Assembly (NCBI RefSeq): GCF_902491705.1
Contig: NZ_CABUIW010000005.1
Span: forward strand, 1,755-65,754
DNA: 64,000 bases
Source of the DNA: an uncultured Lactobacillus sp.
Lineage (GTDB): Bacteria > Bacillota > Bacilli > Lactobacillales > Lactobacillaceae
Direction of reading: 5' to 3'
Notes under the pieces: model-generated
What the model was told of the DNA's origin: nothing
The model's input: only the letters and a program-made list of their open reading frames with translations
Database searches by the model: none
Shown: positions 61,261 to 64,000 of the stretch, piece by piece
Layout: every line of letters starts with the position of its first letter
Position numbering within the stretch: the first letter of the stretch is position 1
Position numbers and translations under genes: made by a program

Positions 61261-62535
61261 CTATTTAGCAATTTTCAATACTACAGTAAAAACGATGTCT
61301 TCGCCTTTATGACTGACGCTGATTCTACCGCGAAAAGCTTCTACTAGTTCACGTGCCATGGATAAACCAATACCAAAGCCACCTTTCTTAGAATTATGGG
61401 ATTCATCTTCACGATAAAAGCGGTCAAAGAAGTGACTATAATCTACATTTTTTCCTTCTTTAAATGTATTGCTTACTCGTAAAATTGCATTCTTACTTAA
61501 AGTACTCTTACTTAAACTTACTTTAATTTTGCCATCAGGATCACAATATTTTCTGGCATTATCTAGCAGAATATTTACCACTTCTGACAAAGAATGCTTT
61601 TCTGCAATCACATTAATCCCTTCGCGAACTGACACTTGATAGGTAAAATTGTTCTTTTTCATCACTGACTTGAAGTCTTGAGTCGTATCTTCAACTATTT
61701 GAGAAAAATTGACTTTACTTAAAGTAATTTCACCTGTTTCACCAGCTCGTGCTAGAGAAATTAAACGATCAATTAATTTAGTTAGTTTAGCAACTTGTTC
61801 TTTCGTGCTTTCGTTCCACTCAGAGCTATCTCCTAGCATTTCTTCCATTTCAGTATTTGCGGAAATAACTGCTAGTGGAGTCTTCAATTCATGGCCCGCA
61901 TTAGTAATAAATTCTTGCTGCTTACGATAAGTATCAACAATTGGCTTAATCGCTTTACCTGAAACCAAGATCAAAACTAGGGCAAATATAATTAAGGCAC
62001 CTATGCCAAGGACAATTGACACTCTAAATAGTAGCCAGAAACGATTAAAAATTAAGGTTTCATTTAAAAAGACTACCATCGTTTGGCCAGTTGAGTTTTT
62101 GGCAACTCGATAAGCATATTGATTTTGCCCAACTTCAACTGTGCCTGAATCTTGATGCATAGCTAAAGCCTGCCGTGTGATATTTTTGATTTGAGTATTC
62201 TTAATTTTGTAAACATTATTATCATTAATGACATTTACGCGGTGACTAGGATCCACTGTAACTGCGAAGTAGCGATATTGATAGACCGCTTCAGGATTAT
62301 ATGATCCACCAAAGAAGTTACGGTTAATTGGATCATGTTGATTACCAAATGCTGGTTGCGCATTTCTAGGTGATAAACGTCCCTCATTTTTTACAAGTGC
62401 AGTCAAAACTCGATTAACTTCATTTTGGCTTTGAATCCGCGTAACACCTACCAGTCCGCCTAAGGTAATCATTAACACCATTAATAAAGCGGCAACTGAA
62501 GTAGCGATGAATTTCCAGCGAAATTTTTGAATCAC
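61261..62535 (-). CDS. relS: Two-component sensor histidine kinase
   Basis: Two TM segments. H-box NAGHELKTPL. N, G1 and G2 boxes (LDNARKY, GGFGIGLS). The symbol is by analogy with S. mutans relPRS gene order only. Confidence 0.8.
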   Translation of the reverse strand: MIQKFRWKFIATSVAALLMVLMITLGGLVGVTRIQSQNEVNRVLTALVKNEGRLSPRNAQPAFGNQHDPINRNFFGGSYNPEAVYQYRYFAVTVDPSHRVNVINDNNVYKIKNTQIKNITRQALAMHQDSGTVEVGQNQYAYRVAKNSTGQTMVVFLNETLIFNRFWLLFRVSIVLGIGALIIFALVLILVSGKAIKPIVDTYRKQQEFITNAGHELKTPLAVISANTEMEEMLGDSSEWNESTKEQVAKLTKLIDRLISLARAGETGEITLSKVNFSQIVEDTTQDFKSVMKKNNFTYQVSVREGINVIAEKHSLSEVVNILLDNARKYCDPDGKIKVSLSKSTLSKNAILRVSNTFKEGKNVDYSHFFDRFYREDESHNSKKGGFGIGLSMARELVEAFRGRISVSHKGEDIVFTVVLKIAK

Positions 62536-62545
62536 TTTACCTCAC

Positions 62546-63211
62546 CTACTTAACTAACATATACGAACCACCTTTTTGTCCTTCAATTTGAACACTGCTT
62601 CGAATTGATTGTAATTTTTGACGTAAATAAGAAACATAGATCCAAACCACGTCAGGAGTAGCATCTTCATCGTTTTTCCAGACATGGTTCAGAATTTCTT
62701 CGGTTGATAATTCTTTGCCCTCATTTAATAAGAAATAGTTCATTAATTGCGTTTCTTGACCACTTAATTGGATTGAGTTGTGGCTGACTAATTGTTGTTT
62801 TTCGACATTAAGAGTTACATCCCCTTCAGTTAATTCATTAGGAGTGTAGTCATCTTCACGTCTTTCTTTTGAACGCAGACGTGCCAATAATTCTTTTAAT
62901 GAAAATGGCTTAGTAATATAGTCATCGGCACCATTATCAAGACCGGTTACTTTGTCATCTACTTCAGCTTTAGCAGTTAGCATCAAGACATAAGTCTTGT
63001 CGCCACTTTCTCTGATCTTTTTAAGTGCAGTAATTCCGTCCATAACTGGCATCATGATGTCCAAAATAATTACATCATAGGAATTCTTCTTGGCATGTTC
63101 AACCGCCTTCAAGCCATTATCAACAGGATCAACTTCATAACCTGACTTTTCCATTGCGACTGTCAATACACGTAATAGCTGGGGTTCATCTTCTGCTACT
63201 AAAATCTTCAT
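62546..63211 (-). CDS. relR: OmpR-family response regulator
   Basis: Receiver domain (MKILVAEDE...DVIILDIMMP) plus a winged-helix output domain. The symbol is by analogy with S. mutans relPRS only. Confidence 0.8.
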   Translation of the reverse strand: MKILVAEDEPQLLRVLTVAMEKSGYEVDPVDNGLKAVEHAKKNSYDVIILDIMMPVMDGITALKKIRESGDKTYVLMLTAKAEVDDKVTGLDNGADDYITKPFSLKELLARLRSKERREDDYTPNELTEGDVTLNVEKQQLVSHNSIQLSGQETQLMNYFLLNEGKELSTEEILNHVWKNDEDATPDVVWIYVSYLRQKLQSIRSSVQIEGQKGGSYMLVK

Positions 63212-63214
63212 TAA

Positions 63215-63832
63215 TTAATCATCCTCTTCCCTTATTAACTGACGAATCGTTTGCATGCTTACATCACAAGAAGCAAGTTCATCAGCCACTCGTTTCAATT
63301 CTCGTCCGATCATTTCTGGATTCTTGATCTTGTGTTTATATTTCATTTCATGTTCAAGACTAGCCCAAGTATCCATGGCAATAGTTCTAAGTTGTACTTC
63401 GACAAAATAATGACCAGGAATGTTGCCGTCAACATCTTCATCATCTACGGTAATTTCTAAGATCATGTGGTAAGAACGATAGCCGTTAGGCTTGGCATTA
63501 GTAATGTAGTCTTTTTCTTTATAAACGCTTATGTCATCCCAACTTTTAATGTAATCAATGCAAGTATAAATATCATCGATAAAGTTGCAGACAACACGCA
63601 AGCCAATACTGTCACGATTTTCGCGCAGTGCCGAATGCGGCGTTAATGGCAAATTCTTTCGTTTGCATTTATCTTCCATGCTGGCTTCACTCTTAACTCG
63701 TCCGCGCAGGTGTTCATACAAACGCTCATGATGAACTTTCTCATAGTTCTTGTTTAATTCATCAAAACGATCAAGTAACTGATTAAGTATTTTATTCAGT
63801 GTGGGGGCGTATTTTCCGTAAATATTCAACAT
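63215..63832 (-). CDS. relP: Small alarmone synthetase (RelA/SpoT-domain GTP pyrophosphokinase, RelP/RelQ type)
   Basis: 205 aa, synthetase domain only. Motifs GLRVVCNF, GYRSYHMI and VEVQLRTIAMDTWASLEH. 3-nt gap to the response regulator. Confidence 0.85.
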   Translation of the reverse strand: MLNIYGKYAPTLNKILNQLLDRFDELNKNYEKVHHERLYEHLRGRVKSEASMEDKCKRKNLPLTPHSALRENRDSIGLRVVCNFIDDIYTCIDYIKSWDDISVYKEKDYITNAKPNGYRSYHMILEITVDDEDVDGNIPGHYFVEVQLRTIAMDTWASLEHEMKYKHKIKNPEMIGRELKRVADELASCDVSMQTIRQLIREEDD

Positions 63833-64000
63833 TAGTCCCTTCTTTCGTTTAAAGCCATTATAACAATGAATTTTGATTTTTCTTTGAACGTAACAGAAAC
63901 ATTATGAAAATTATAACTTGCTATAAAAATGTTTAAAGATTGCAAAAAAAGCACTCATTATGAAAATGAAGTGAGACCCAAAAGTTAGACACTTTTGGGT

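Overview
This 64-kb chromosomal segment reads like a Lactobacillus acidophilus-group genome. That taxon call is my inference from low GC, SLAP-type surface proteins, PepX and a helveticin-J-like protein; no database search was run. Most of the window is housekeeping or metabolic. It opens with the 3' part of pepX. A complete pyrimidine regulon follows: pyrR-pyrB-pyrC-carA-carB, pyrD, and divergent pyrF-pyrE, with PyrR attenuators. A licT-bglP-bglA beta-glucoside operon with RAT and cre sites is inserted into that regulon. Further genes include a P-type cation ATPase behind a probable yybP-ykoY (Mn2+) riboswitch, a ClC channel, a T-box(Met)-controlled MetQ-like binding protein, sdaAB-sdaAA-DUF59, oppA, ppsA, a relP-relR-relS alarmone/two-component module, and several secreted or SLAP-domain proteins. 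Two regions look accessory. (1) At 45.8-54.2 kb there is a visibly AT-rich defence island on the minus strand. It holds an EcoEI-type Type I R-M operon (hsdR-hsdM-hsdS) with an AbiJ-NTD4/Abi_C gene attached without a terminator, a multiply frameshifted membrane/coiled-coil ORF, an AbiH homologue and an ASCH-domain gene. (2) At 40.4-45.7 kb there is a tightly operator-controlled locus. It pairs a catalytic and a degenerate PEP-mutase/isocitrate-lyase-superfamily protein with a LacI regulator, a 2-hydroxycarboxylate transporter and a D-2-hydroxyacid dehydrogenase, and may be an uncharacterised organic-acid exchange/cleavage pathway. Smaller oddities are a 34-bp exact tandem duplication that frameshifts a SLAP surface-protein gene, an unannotated 35-codon gene with its own consensus promoter, SD and terminator upstream of oppA, and a 13-codon leader ORF whose stop lies inside a perfect hairpin. 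I saw no rRNA, tRNA, CRISPR array, transposase or integrase. All family assignments come from motif recognition in the supplied translations, not from searches.
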